A DNA stretch of 39,831 bases from Candidatus Dormiibacterota bacterium (GTDB taxonomy: Bacteria > Chloroflexota > Limnocylindria > QHBO01), in the NCBI GenBank assembly GCA_035632895.1, contig DASQFY010000136.1, forward strand, positions 1-39,831, read 5' to 3'. Positions within the stretch are counted from its first letter, which is position 1. Each line of letters opens with the position of its first letter. The notes under the pieces were generated by a model, which worked only from the letters and a program-made list of their open reading frames with translations, did not search any database and was not told where the DNA came from. The position numbers were made by a program, and so were the translations under genes. This document shows positions 26,585 through 34,560 of this stretch, piece after piece.

Positions 26585-27277
26585 CTACTCGCCGAGGGGC
26601 AGCTTCAGGATGAGCGCCAACGTGGGCCGCGGTCGTGGCTCGGGCGGGGTGATCGGGGCGCGGAGCCAGGCGAGGTCGGCGACGCCGGCGCGGTACCGCG
26701 CGGAGAGCTGGCGGGCGGATAGGCCATCGATCCCGAGCGAGGCCAGCGCCTCGGCCACCAGCGTCCCATCCCCCACGTACCCGCGGCCCACCGTCACGCG
26801 GTCGCCGGGGGAGAGGATTGCCTCGAGCCACCTGCGACGGACGCGGAACGAGCGCCGCACCACTGATTCGCCGCCGGCCCACAGCAGGTCGCTGGCGACG
26901 TAGGCGGGACGGCCGGGGCGACCGGCCCCGTCGAGGCGTGCGCGCAGCAGACCGGGGTCAGGGCGGCCGGCCTCGTCGAGGACGAGCAATGTCCCGTCGA
27001 GCACCACGCCGTCCTCGGCCAGCTGATCGGTCAGCTCGACCACCTCGGGAAAGGCGGCGAGCGCATCGGCCAGGCCATCGACCTGCAGGCGCAGCGAGCC
27101 ACGCTCGGCGAACGCGATCGCTCGTACGCCAGGCCACCACGGCTCGAACAGGTAGTCGGGATCGTCGAATGGCGCGTCCAGGCCGGCGGGCTGCATCGGG
27201 GCGATCCGAGCCGGGAGACGGCGCGACGGGTGGCCGCCGACAGGCAGGACCGGAAGGCGAAGCTGTTCGCCCGGCAC
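26585..27277 (-). CDS. LigD-type ATP-dependent ligase nucleotidyltransferase-domain homolog with every catalytic motif substituted (predicted pseudo-ligase); no OB domain
   Basis: Collinear with ligase motifs, but each is altered. PMLA-like is PMQPA. Motif I KxDGxR reads EPWWPGVR. Motif III DGE reads VLDGTLLV. Motif IIIa reads YVASDLLW. Motif IV EGxxxK reads DGLSAR. Motif V WxKxK reads AWLRAP. The gene starts 8 nt after ku. Confidence 0.6.
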   Translation of the reverse strand: MPGEQLRLPVLPVGGHPSRRLPARIAPMQPAGLDAPFDDPDYLFEPWWPGVRAIAFAERGSLRLQVDGLADALAAFPEVVELTDQLAEDGVVLDGTLLVLDEAGRPDPGLLRARLDGAGRPGRPAYVASDLLWAGGESVVRRSFRVRRRWLEAILSPGDRVTVGRGYVGDGTLVAEALASLGIDGLSARQLSARYRAGVADLAWLRAPITPPEPRPRPTLALILKLPLGE

Positions 27278-27285
27278 CCGGTCGG

Positions 27286-28224
27286 TCAGGCGGTCTTGCG
27301 GCGTCGGGCCGGCGCTGCCTCTTCGTCGGCCGGCGCCTTGGCCTTGCGGGATGCCGCCTTCCGCGCCGCGGCAGGCTTCGCCTTGGCGGCCTTCGCCCCT
27401 GCCGCGGGCTTGACGGCGCCGCCGGCGCCTTCGCGCCGGGCGTCACGCGCGGCGGCAACGCTCGCCTCCAGGGCCGCCATGAGGTCGCCGATCTTGGTCG
27501 CCTCGACCTTCTTCGCCGGCTTCGGAGTCTCGCCGCCGACCTTGGCCTCGATGACGCGCATCAGCGCTTCGCGGTACTCGTCGCGCTGGGCGGCCGGATC
27601 GAACTCGGTCGCCATCGAGCCGATCAGCTGCTCGGCCATCTTGCGTTCCGCCGGCTTGATCTCGACCTCCTCCTCGGGAAGGTTCAGCTCCTCGAGCGAG
27701 CGGATCTCATCGGGCCAATGGAGGGTGGTTAGCAGCATGGTCTTGCTGAAGGGGTTGAGCGCGGCAAGCTGCTCGCGATCCTTCAGCACGATCTTGCACA
27801 TCGCGGTCTTGCCGGTTTCGGCCAGGACCGACTTCAGCAGGTAGAACGCCTTGCGGCCGATCTCATCCGGCTCCAGGTAGTACGCCTGCTTCACGAAGCG
27901 GGCGCCGCCCTTCTCCTCGGCCTGCTCCTCGTCGACGAAGGCCTCGATCTCGATGGAGCGCACCGTCTTCAGGGGGACCGACTCGAGGTCCTCCTCGGTG
28001 ACGACCACGTACTTGCCCTTGCTCCACTCGTAGCCGCGCACCGTGTCCGAGCGCGAGATGATCTCGTCATCGGTCGGGCAGTAGACCTTCATCTGGATCC
28101 GGCTCAGGTCGGTCTTGTGCAGCAGGTTGAAGCCGATGCCACCCTGCTCGGTCGCCAGGTAGAGCTTGACCGGGATGGTCACCAGTCCGAACTGGATCGC
28201 GCCCCGCCACATCGAACGTGCCAT
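27286..28224 (-). CDS. ku: Ku protein (bacterial NHEJ DNA-end-binding) with a Lys/Ala-rich C-terminal tail
   Basis: MARSMWRGAIQFGLVTIPVKLYLAT is a canonical Ku N-terminus. The tail reads KPAAGAKAAKAKPAAARKAASRKAKAP. Confidence 0.9.
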   Translation of the reverse strand: MARSMWRGAIQFGLVTIPVKLYLATEQGGIGFNLLHKTDLSRIQMKVYCPTDDEIISRSDTVRGYEWSKGKYVVVTEEDLESVPLKTVRSIEIEAFVDEEQAEEKGGARFVKQAYYLEPDEIGRKAFYLLKSVLAETGKTAMCKIVLKDREQLAALNPFSKTMLLTTLHWPDEIRSLEELNLPEEEVEIKPAERKMAEQLIGSMATEFDPAAQRDEYREALMRVIEAKVGGETPKPAKKVEATKIGDLMAALEASVAAARDARREGAGGAVKPAAGAKAAKAKPAAARKAASRKAKAPADEEAAPARRRKTA

Positions 28225-28392
28225 TTCGTGCCCTGCGTCGTCTCGTGCTGACCCCCCGATCAGGAGCGCCGTGCCCCGGTGGGGCCGACGCGGGCCGCCA
28301 TCCTACACCCACCCGCAAGAATGCCCCGCCCGGCCACGGATAGGACCATCACGTCATTGCCCGAGCGGCGAAGGGGCGGCCACACTTCGCGC

Positions 28393-28818
28393 ATGAGCGA
28401 GCAGACCGCAGGCGCCGTGCCGGCGACCCCGCCGGACGCGGAAGAGCAGCGTGCCTACGTCCTGGAGGACGACCCAGATATCGCCGCCCTGGAGGCGGAC
28501 ATCCTGCGTGATCTCGGCTACGCCGTGGTCACCTGCAGCCGGATCGTGGAGCTGGGAGACCTCATGGCGCTCGCGCTTCCACACCTCCTGGTCGTCGACG
28601 TCATGCTGCCCGATGGTGACGGCGGTGACGTCACCGAGCTCCTGCGAACTGCCTGGCCGGGAATTCCGGTCGTCTTCGTGTCCGCCGCCAGCCGCGAGCG
28701 CCTCGCCGAGCTGGCGCCTACCGGACCGGTGCTGGCCAAGCCCTTTGACATCGCGGCGTTCAGCGCCGCGGTGGCCGAAGCAATCGCTGCGCCACGGCGG
28801 CTGCGACCCGCTTCGTGA
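28393..28818 (+). CDS. Stand-alone response-regulator receiver (CheY-like) domain protein
   Basis: ORF trimmed to ATG 28393. Acidic pocket YVLEDDPD, phospho-acceptor LLVVDVMLPDGDG, VVFVSA, and the conserved Lys in LAKPF. There is no output domain. Confidence 0.75.
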   Translation: MSEQTAGAVPATPPDAEEQRAYVLEDDPDIAALEADILRDLGYAVVTCSRIVELGDLMALALPHLLVVDVMLPDGDGGDVTELLRTAWPGIPVVFVSAASRERLAELAPTGPVLAKPFDIAAFSAAVAEAIAAPRRLRPAS

Positions 28819-28823
28819 CGGTG

Positions 28824-29303
28824 TCAGCCGCGCCTGACGCCCTCGGGCCCCGTCACCGTCACCACCGCGCTCTCACCATCGCCCACCTGCTTACCGCGCC
28901 ACAGCCGGTAGCGGTGCTCGATCGTCACGCTGGCCGACAGCATGGCGTTGACCGGACAGTAACGCGTCGCCGACAGCTCCACGGATCTGCGCAGGGCCTC
29001 GGGCTCGACCGCTCCAACCACGCGGTGCTCGACCACGATCGAGGTGTACACCTGCGGATCCTTGTCGGCCCTCTCGCCGCTGACCGCGATCTGGTAGTCG
29101 GCCGCCCGTTGGCGCTTCTTGCGCAGGATGGCGGCAACGTCCATCGCGGTGCAGGCCGCCAGCGTGGCCAGGACGACCTCGGTCGGAGATGGCCCGCGAC
29201 GCGACTCGCCGGCGTCGGCCGTGTCGAACGAGAGGGCGAAGCCCGACCCGGTGACCGCATCGACCGCCACGCCAGTCGCGGGGTCGACGAAGGTGGCCAG
29301 CAT
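28824..29303 (-). CDS. OsmC/Ohr family protein
   Basis: SPTEVVLATLAACTAMDV and SATRYCPVNAML carry the two conserved Cys. The start is moved to ATG 29301-29303 because the listed start, 29345, would lie 5 bp from a divergent gene. Confidence 0.75.
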   Translation of the reverse strand: MLATFVDPATGVAVDAVTGSGFALSFDTADAGESRRGPSPTEVVLATLAACTAMDVAAILRKKRQRAADYQIAVSGERADKDPQVYTSIVVEHRVVGAVEPEALRRSVELSATRYCPVNAMLSASVTIEHRYRLWRGKQVGDGESAVVTVTGPEGVRRG

Positions 29304-29350
29304 CGTGTTCGTGGTCGGCACGCCGGCAGGGTAACAGTGGAGCAAGACCG

Positions 29351-30100
29351 ATGCGTTTGATCCGTCCTGCCGGTCCTGCAGGCCATCGCTGGGCCGTGGC
29401 GCTGGCCCTCGGCATGCTGGTCGTGGGCGCCTCCGCCATCCTGCTCATGGCCGCGCTGCCCGACGGCCGGTGGAGCGCCATCGCCGCGCTGGGCGTCGCC
29501 GCGGCGCTCGGGCTCGGGGTCGGGTTGGCCTGGCTGATGCGCGCCCTCGGCGACGGGCACCGCCGCCCACGGGGCAGGGACCTCGAGCGGCTGCTGACCC
29601 CGGTCTTCGACGACAGCTACGTCCTCATCCTTTCCCCGTCGCTGCCCGACGTGCCGTCCGACCTGGCCGGGCTCCTGATCGGGCCGGCCGGGGTGCGCGC
29701 CCTCATTTCCCGGCGATGGCGCGGCCGCTACCGCGTGCGGGGCCGCGCCTGGGAGCACGAAACGGGAACATCGGAGGGTTGGATCCCATGCCGGACCAAT
29801 CCCTCGTTCGACGCCGATGCCGTCGCCGATGCCGTCGCCCGCTGGGCACGCACCGGCGCCGACGAACCGGGGCTGCCGATCGCCCCCGCCATCGTCTTCC
29901 CGCTGGCGTCCAGCGCGGTCGTGCTCGAGGAGCCGGACGGCGAGGTCGTGACCGCCGACAACGCGCCGTGGTGGGGGCAACGCATCGGCCGCGTCCAGCG
30001 CATGGATCCTCCGCGCGTGGCGCGTTTCGTGCAGGCCGTGATCGATGCCGCGGACGCGGACCCGTCCCGAGTCGGCGAACCGTCCCCCAACAGGGCCTAG
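29351..30100 (+). CDS. Two-TM membrane protein with a NERD-like (degenerate) domain
   Basis: Two N-terminal TM helices. Then DDSYVLILSPSLP...SDLAGLLIGPAGVRALISRRWRGRYRV...NPSFDADAV...AIVF, which follows the NERD layout, but the E-x-K position reads S-R-R. Tentative call. Confidence 0.5.
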   Translation: MRLIRPAGPAGHRWAVALALGMLVVGASAILLMAALPDGRWSAIAALGVAAALGLGVGLAWLMRALGDGHRRPRGRDLERLLTPVFDDSYVLILSPSLPDVPSDLAGLLIGPAGVRALISRRWRGRYRVRGRAWEHETGTSEGWIPCRTNPSFDADAVADAVARWARTGADEPGLPIAPAIVFPLASSAVVLEEPDGEVVTADNAPWWGQRIGRVQRMDPPRVARFVQAVIDAADADPSRVGEPSPNRA

Positions 30101-30702
30101 GGCGAGTCCTCCTCGGAATCTCCCGGCTTCAGCCAGCGCTCCGCCGTCTGTTCGTCGAGCACGTCGGCGAGCAACTCCTCCGGCCGCTCGTCGTCCTTCA
30201 CCACGATCACGTGCGCCAGCGACCGCTGCATGGCGGCCGCGGTGGCGGTGCGCCTCAGCTCGGGGTGGGCGGCGCAGGCGACGGTCACCTCGGTCATCGG
30301 CAGGAAGCGGTCGCCGGCGTTCAGCAGGCCGTCGACCGGCCGGCTCCCGGGAGGAACGTGCACGACCCCGGCCAGCTGGAATGGCGGCAGCGCGACCTGC
30401 GCGCGCACCGGACGCTTCGGGATCCGCATCTCGGGTCGGGCGGATCCTTCGTCTTCGCTGTCGACAACTACGAACAGGATCTCGTCAAGGGTCACCAGCG
30501 CCTGAGGGGCGCTCATCGTGCCGGCCGGGTGGGCGTACTCACTCACCGTCGCCTGGTCCACGATCATGTGGGTGGAGCTGAGCTGATTGACGATGTCCGC
30601 CACCCGGCCGAAGCGGGTGGCGGTCTGGCCCGAAACTCGGTAGGCGGCGGTGTAGACGTCCACCGCTACCGTCTTGACCGGCGAGGGCGCGAAGGGGTCC
30701 AT
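30097..30702 (-). CDS. Hypothetical protein with an internal duplication and an acidic tail
   Basis: High GC3. The two halves align (see findings). I recognise no family. Confidence 0.6.
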   Translation of the reverse strand: MDPFAPSPVKTVAVDVYTAAYRVSGQTATRFGRVADIVNQLSSTHMIVDQATVSEYAHPAGTMSAPQALVTLDEILFVVVDSEDEGSARPEMRIPKRPVRAQVALPPFQLAGVVHVPPGSRPVDGLLNAGDRFLPMTEVTVACAAHPELRRTATAAAMQRSLAHVIVVKDDERPEELLADVLDEQTAERWLKPGDSEEDSP

Positions 30703-30720
30703 CGGGCGAATCCTAACCCC

Positions 30721-31497
30721 TCAGCTGCGCTTGCGAGCCTTCCAAACTTCCTCGCTCGGCCAGCGTCGCGCCCATTCGAGGGTGACGAACGGGTAGCCCG
30801 TCGTCGCGCCCTCCGGCGGCTGGATCTCGACCAGGTCGGTGACGTCGAAGCCGTTGGCGCGCAGCAGGCGGATCCACTCGCCGTGGGCAAGGTGGAACTC
30901 CACTGAAGGGTCATCGGGCCATTCCATGCGGTGCATTCCGAAGAGCGGCCGCAGCAGGCGGTCCGAGGCGGCCACGTCCTCCTCGTCGGGGACGGCCAGC
31001 ATCAGCACGATGCCGTTGACCAGGAAGGAGAGCTCGCCACCCGGGCGGAGCAGGCGAGCCGCCTCCGGGATCCAGCGGTATGGGTCCGCCCAGATCGAGG
31101 CGCCGTACTCGCTGATCGCCACGTCGAAGCTCGCGTCGGGGAGCGGCACCGTCTCGGCGTTGCCCAGCAGGAGCGGGAAGTCCAGCCCGTGCTCGCGCTG
31201 GAGGCGGCGCGCCGTCTCCAGCTGCGCCGGCGAGTTGTCGATCCCCGTCACGCGGGCGCCGCGGCGCGCGAGCCAGGCCGAGACGTACGCGGTGCCGCAG
31301 CCCAGCTCGATGGCGTCCTTGCCCTCCAGCTCATCCGGCAGCATGCCGACCTGCGACTCCGGCACTCCCCAGATTCCCCAGCTCGGCTGTTCGCTGGCCC
31401 AGTTCCGCTCGCCGGGCGCCACATAGCTGGTGGCGTCGGCATCCCACGCGGCGCGGTTGCGCAGGACGTAGTCCGGGAGCTCCTCCTGGCCGCTCAT
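30721..31497 (-). CDS. Class I SAM-dependent methyltransferase
   Basis: Motif I AIELGCGTAYVSAWLARRGARVTGIDNS and post-I/II acidic residues. Confidence 0.85.
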   Translation of the reverse strand: MSGQEELPDYVLRNRAAWDADATSYVAPGERNWASEQPSWGIWGVPESQVGMLPDELEGKDAIELGCGTAYVSAWLARRGARVTGIDNSPAQLETARRLQREHGLDFPLLLGNAETVPLPDASFDVAISEYGASIWADPYRWIPEAARLLRPGGELSFLVNGIVLMLAVPDEEDVAASDRLLRPLFGMHRMEWPDDPSVEFHLAHGEWIRLLRANGFDVTDLVEIQPPEGATTGYPFVTLEWARRWPSEEVWKARKRS

Positions 31498-31519
31498 GGA
31501 CCGATGCTACCCAACCCCA

Positions 31520-33256
31520 CTACTCCCCAACCTCGCCGGTGGCCGAGATCCGCTCGGTCTCCCCGCGCTCGCCGGTGGCCAGCAGGATTCGGCCCGTGGC
31601 CTGCGCCCCGAAAAGGCGCTCCGCCGTCTCGAGCGTGTCGATCTCCGCAGGAGTTTTGTCGTCGCGAATCCGCACGATCCGCGGGAAGCGCATCGCGAAG
31701 CCGCTGGTATGCCGCCCGGAACGCATGATCCGGTCGAACGCGATCTCGACCACCACCTCGGGCACGACGGTCCGATAGCGGCCGTGGTCGTGGATGGTGG
31801 TGGCCTTGAAGTGCTCGGTCGTGGCCGCGATCTCAGCATCGGTCAGGCCGGTGTAGGCCTTGCCGATGGTCAGCAGCCGCGCATCCGGATAGTCGGACTC
31901 GCGCACGGCGAAGGTGTAGTCCGACAGCACGCCGCGGCGCTTGCCGTGGCCCCACTCGACGCCGACGACCACGCAGTCGAGGGTGGCCAGCGCTTTCTTG
32001 AGCTTCAGCCAGCCGAGCCCGCGCCTGCCGGGCTGGTAGACCGACGCCGGGTCCTTGACCATCAATCCCTCGTTCCGCCGCTTACGAGCGTCGTCGAAAT
32101 GCGACTCCACCTCCTCCGCTGAGCGCGCGGTCGCCAGGTGCGAGTACAGGAACCTCTCGCCGGTACGCTCCGGCAGGTCGAGCCCCTCCAGCGCCGTCCG
32201 TCGCTCGCGCAACGGTGCCTCGAGCAGGTCGCGTCCGTCGAGGTGCAGCAGGTCGAAGGCGACCAGCACCACCGGAACCTGCTCGAGCAGCTCAGGGCTC
32301 GGCTTGACACGCCCCAGGCGGGTCTGGAGGCTGGCGAAGTCCAGGACCGATCCGGCCCGGTACGGCACCAGCTCGCCGTCGATCACCAACCGGTGGTTGA
32401 GGCCGCCGGCCGCCGCTGCGACCTCGGGAAAGGACTTCGTGACGTCGTTCAGGTCGCGCGAAAAGAGCCGCGGAGCGGCGTTCGAGTCCAGGTGCAGCTG
32501 GGCGCGGATGCCGTCGTACTTGTCCTCGATCCAGGCCTCGTTGCCGACTCGCCGCATCACCTCGTCGGCGTCCGCCACCGGGGTGGCGAGCATGAAGCGG
32601 ATCGGGCGGCCGAGGTGCAGTGCCGCGGTCGCCAGCCGGTCGTCACGGGCCAGCACGGCCGCTTCTCCCGGCTCGCCGACGAGCATCAGCGCGCGGCGAA
32701 CCGCATCGATCGGCCGCTCGAAGGCGGTAGCGATCCCCTCCTCGAGCAGTCCTTCACGCAGACCGATGCGGAGCTCGCGCGCCGCGATCCTGGCCACGTA
32801 GCGCGCCTCGGACGCGGTCGCGCGCCCGAACAGCCTCGCCATCTCTGCCACCCGAGCCTCCGCGCTCGCCGCTTCGCTCATCGCCCGGAAGGCGACATCA
32901 ACGTCGGCCACCGTCAGCGGCCTGCCCGATGACGCGCGCCCAGCCAGCAGCTCCGCCGCCGCGTCGCCGAGGTCCGAGTGGCGCAGGTAGGCGGCGTTCA
33001 ACGCCCCGGCGTCGGCCCCGGAGGCGGCCGCCAGCGCCTGGCTCTGCTGCACCCAACCCAGCCCCAGCCGGTCCGCCGCACCGGGGAGTGGCCGTCCGGC
33101 AAAGAAGGTGGCCGCCACCGCCAGGTCGCTGTCCGGCAGCTCGCGCAGGTAGGCCGCCAGCAGGTCGCGTTTTCGCAGCTTCGACGTGGTCGCCGCCACC
33201 GCGTCGGCCACGCGAGCGAACCCGGCGAACGGGGATGAGGCCACAGCGCGCGTCAA
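31520..33256 (-). CDS. ATP-dependent DNA ligase (three-domain LigB/Lig1-like)
   Basis: Motif I EDKYDGIR, motif III VIDGELV, motif IV EGLMVK, motif V GWLKLK, and RFPRIVRIRDDK (motif VI). The ORF is trimmed to TTG 33254-33256, which overlaps the upstream TGA as TTGA. GTG 33242-33244 is an alternative start. Confidence 0.85.
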   Translation of the reverse strand: MTRAVASSPFAGFARVADAVAATTSKLRKRDLLAAYLRELPDSDLAVAATFFAGRPLPGAADRLGLGWVQQSQALAAASGADAGALNAAYLRHSDLGDAAAELLAGRASSGRPLTVADVDVAFRAMSEAASAEARVAEMARLFGRATASEARYVARIAARELRIGLREGLLEEGIATAFERPIDAVRRALMLVGEPGEAAVLARDDRLATAALHLGRPIRFMLATPVADADEVMRRVGNEAWIEDKYDGIRAQLHLDSNAAPRLFSRDLNDVTKSFPEVAAAAGGLNHRLVIDGELVPYRAGSVLDFASLQTRLGRVKPSPELLEQVPVVLVAFDLLHLDGRDLLEAPLRERRTALEGLDLPERTGERFLYSHLATARSAEEVESHFDDARKRRNEGLMVKDPASVYQPGRRGLGWLKLKKALATLDCVVVGVEWGHGKRRGVLSDYTFAVRESDYPDARLLTIGKAYTGLTDAEIAATTEHFKATTIHDHGRYRTVVPEVVVEIAFDRIMRSGRHTSGFAMRFPRIVRIRDDKTPAEIDTLETAERLFGAQATGRILLATGERGETERISATGEVGE

Positions 33257-33615
33257 CCCTCGACCCACGAGGGAGGGTACGGCGCCGGGGCCTCGGTGAA
33301 GAGCCGGCCGCCTTCCAGCCGGACGTAGACGGACTGCTGGGTGCCATCCCCGTAGGTGATGATCACGGTTCCCGCGCTGCCATCGGGTGCCATGCATCGC
33401 GCGTTCGGCGGGCACAGGCTGCCGTACAGGAACTGGAGCGCCGCGATCGGGCCATGGGAGGGCAGCGAATCGAGCGCGGCGTTGACGGCGACCTCGCAGG
33501 TCAGGGTTGGCTGTGGATCGAACCGCGCCGCGTCGCACTCGGGCGCCGGCGGGGGCACGAACGCGCTGCAGGCTGCCAACGCAACCGCCATGACCAGGCA
33601 ATCCCAACGCATCAT
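33253..33615 (-). CDS. Small Cys-containing lipoprotein
   Basis: MMRWDCLVMAVALAAC lipobox. Translationally coupled to the ligase gene. Confidence 0.65.
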   Translation of the reverse strand: MMRWDCLVMAVALAACSAFVPPPAPECDAARFDPQPTLTCEVAVNAALDSLPSHGPIAALQFLYGSLCPPNARCMAPDGSAGTVIITYGDGTQQSVYVRLEGGRLFTEAPAPYPPSWVEG

Positions 33616-33677
33616 TCAGCCCCTCGCAACGTGCGGCTGAGGGTAGCGCCGTCGTCGCCGCTAAGTGAAGGGCAAGG

Positions 33678-33850
33678 CCGCTGAATTGTGCATGGGAGGC
33701 ACAGTTCCGAGGGCGAAGGGGTTCAGAACTCACCGGCGGGTGAGCTTCCCCGCTCAACTGTGCATTGGGCGCACAGTTGCGAGAAGGAAGGGGCCTCGGA
33801 CGCGTTGCGACTTGTGCTCCTCCGCTCAATTGTGCATGGGGTGCAAGCAA
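33678..33850. repeat. Tandem 72-bp-period repeat (2 full units plus 1 degenerate), each with a CCGCT box, an 8-bp-arm hairpin and a purine-rich GAAGGGG tail
   Basis: Units start at 33678, 33750 and 33822. The first 44 nt of units 1 and 2 match at 35 of 44 positions by my manual alignment. Hairpins: AATTGTGC-N7-GCACAGTT (33684-33706) and AACTGTGC-N7-GCACAGTT (33756-33778). Confidence 0.8.
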
Positions 33851-33936
33851 CCACTACGGGGCAGCCGAAAGCGCGGCGCTGACCGCAACGCGGGCCGTCC
33901 TTGACGCCAGGAATCGGTCCATGCACGCTGTCGGCG

Positions 33937-34542
33937 ATGGTCTTCAAGTGGCAGCGGCCGTCCAACGACCCGGCCATCGCTGCCCGGATTCCCCCCGGCC
34001 AGGTGCTGACCGAGAAGTTTCCGGTCCTCCATTTCGGCCGCAGGCCGGAGTACCCGGACCTGTCCCAATGGGACTTCCGCGCCTTCGGGGATGTTGAGGC
34101 GCCGTTCGACCTCAACTGGGCGGAGCTTCACGCGCTGCCGTCGACCGCGGTCACGCTCGACATCCACTGCGTCACCCGCTGGTCGAAGCTCGACACGGCC
34201 TGGGAGGGCGTGCCATTCAGCCACATCGCGGAGGTGGCGCAGCCGAAGCCCAGCGCCCGCTTCGTGATCTTCCACTCCGAGTACGGCTTCACCTCGAACG
34301 TGCCGCTCGCGGTGGCGATGGACGCACAGTGCGTCCTGGCCTGGAGCTACGCCGGCCAGCCGCTCGAGCCCGACCACGGCTATCCGCTGCGGGCGATCGT
34401 GCCGGGCAAGTACTTCTGGAAGAGCGCCAAGTGGCTGCGCGGCGTGGAGTTCAGCGCGGACGACCAGCTCGGCTTCTGGGAGCGGAACGGCTACAACAAC
34501 TCGGCCGATCCGTGGCGTGAGGAGCGCTACTCGGAGGGCTAG
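33937..34542 (+). CDS. Sulfite-oxidase-family molybdopterin-binding oxidoreductase (catalytic domain only)
   Basis: DIHCVTRWS carries the Moco Cys ligand. HGYPLRAIVPGKYFWKSAKWL is also present. The start is placed at ATG 33937; the track's TTG 33901 remains possible. Confidence 0.8.
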   Translation: MVFKWQRPSNDPAIAARIPPGQVLTEKFPVLHFGRRPEYPDLSQWDFRAFGDVEAPFDLNWAELHALPSTAVTLDIHCVTRWSKLDTAWEGVPFSHIAEVAQPKPSARFVIFHSEYGFTSNVPLAVAMDAQCVLAWSYAGQPLEPDHGYPLRAIVPGKYFWKSAKWLRGVEFSADDQLGFWERNGYNNSADPWREERYSEG

Positions 34543-34560
34543 CCCGCGGCCGCCGCTAGA

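Noticed and set aside
33257-33850. N-terminal 198-codon extension of the ligase ORF. The analogous 5' extensions are 3692..3892 (PBP), 17134..17412 (GGDEF protein), 12907..13206 (S-component), 13563..13667 (thiN), 15341..15556 (M23), 20606..20869, 23640..23744, 23822..24388, 35676..35807, 35705..35824 and 36540..36698.
   Set aside because: These extensions overlap upstream genes or the repeat region and are Arg/Pro-rich. Internal starts give proper signal peptides or N-terminal motifs, often with SD sequences or start/stop overlaps.
33678-33850. The 72-bp repeats as a CRISPR array.
   Set aside because: There are only two to three units. The conserved part (about 44 nt) and the variable part (about 28 nt) do not behave like repeat and spacer, since unit 3 degenerates. 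No cas genes are in the window.
33665-33904. 79-aa plus-strand ORF whose product contains repeated Cys peptides (AELCMGGTVPRAKG / AQLCIGRTVARRKG / AQLCMGCKQP). I briefly considered it as a multi-core RiPP precursor.
   Set aside because: The peptide repeats are simply the translation of the 72-bp DNA repeat. Third-position GC is clearly lower than in real genes here, and rare codons (AGA, AGG, TTG, ATT) are used. I found no SD sequence and no nearby maturation enzymes.
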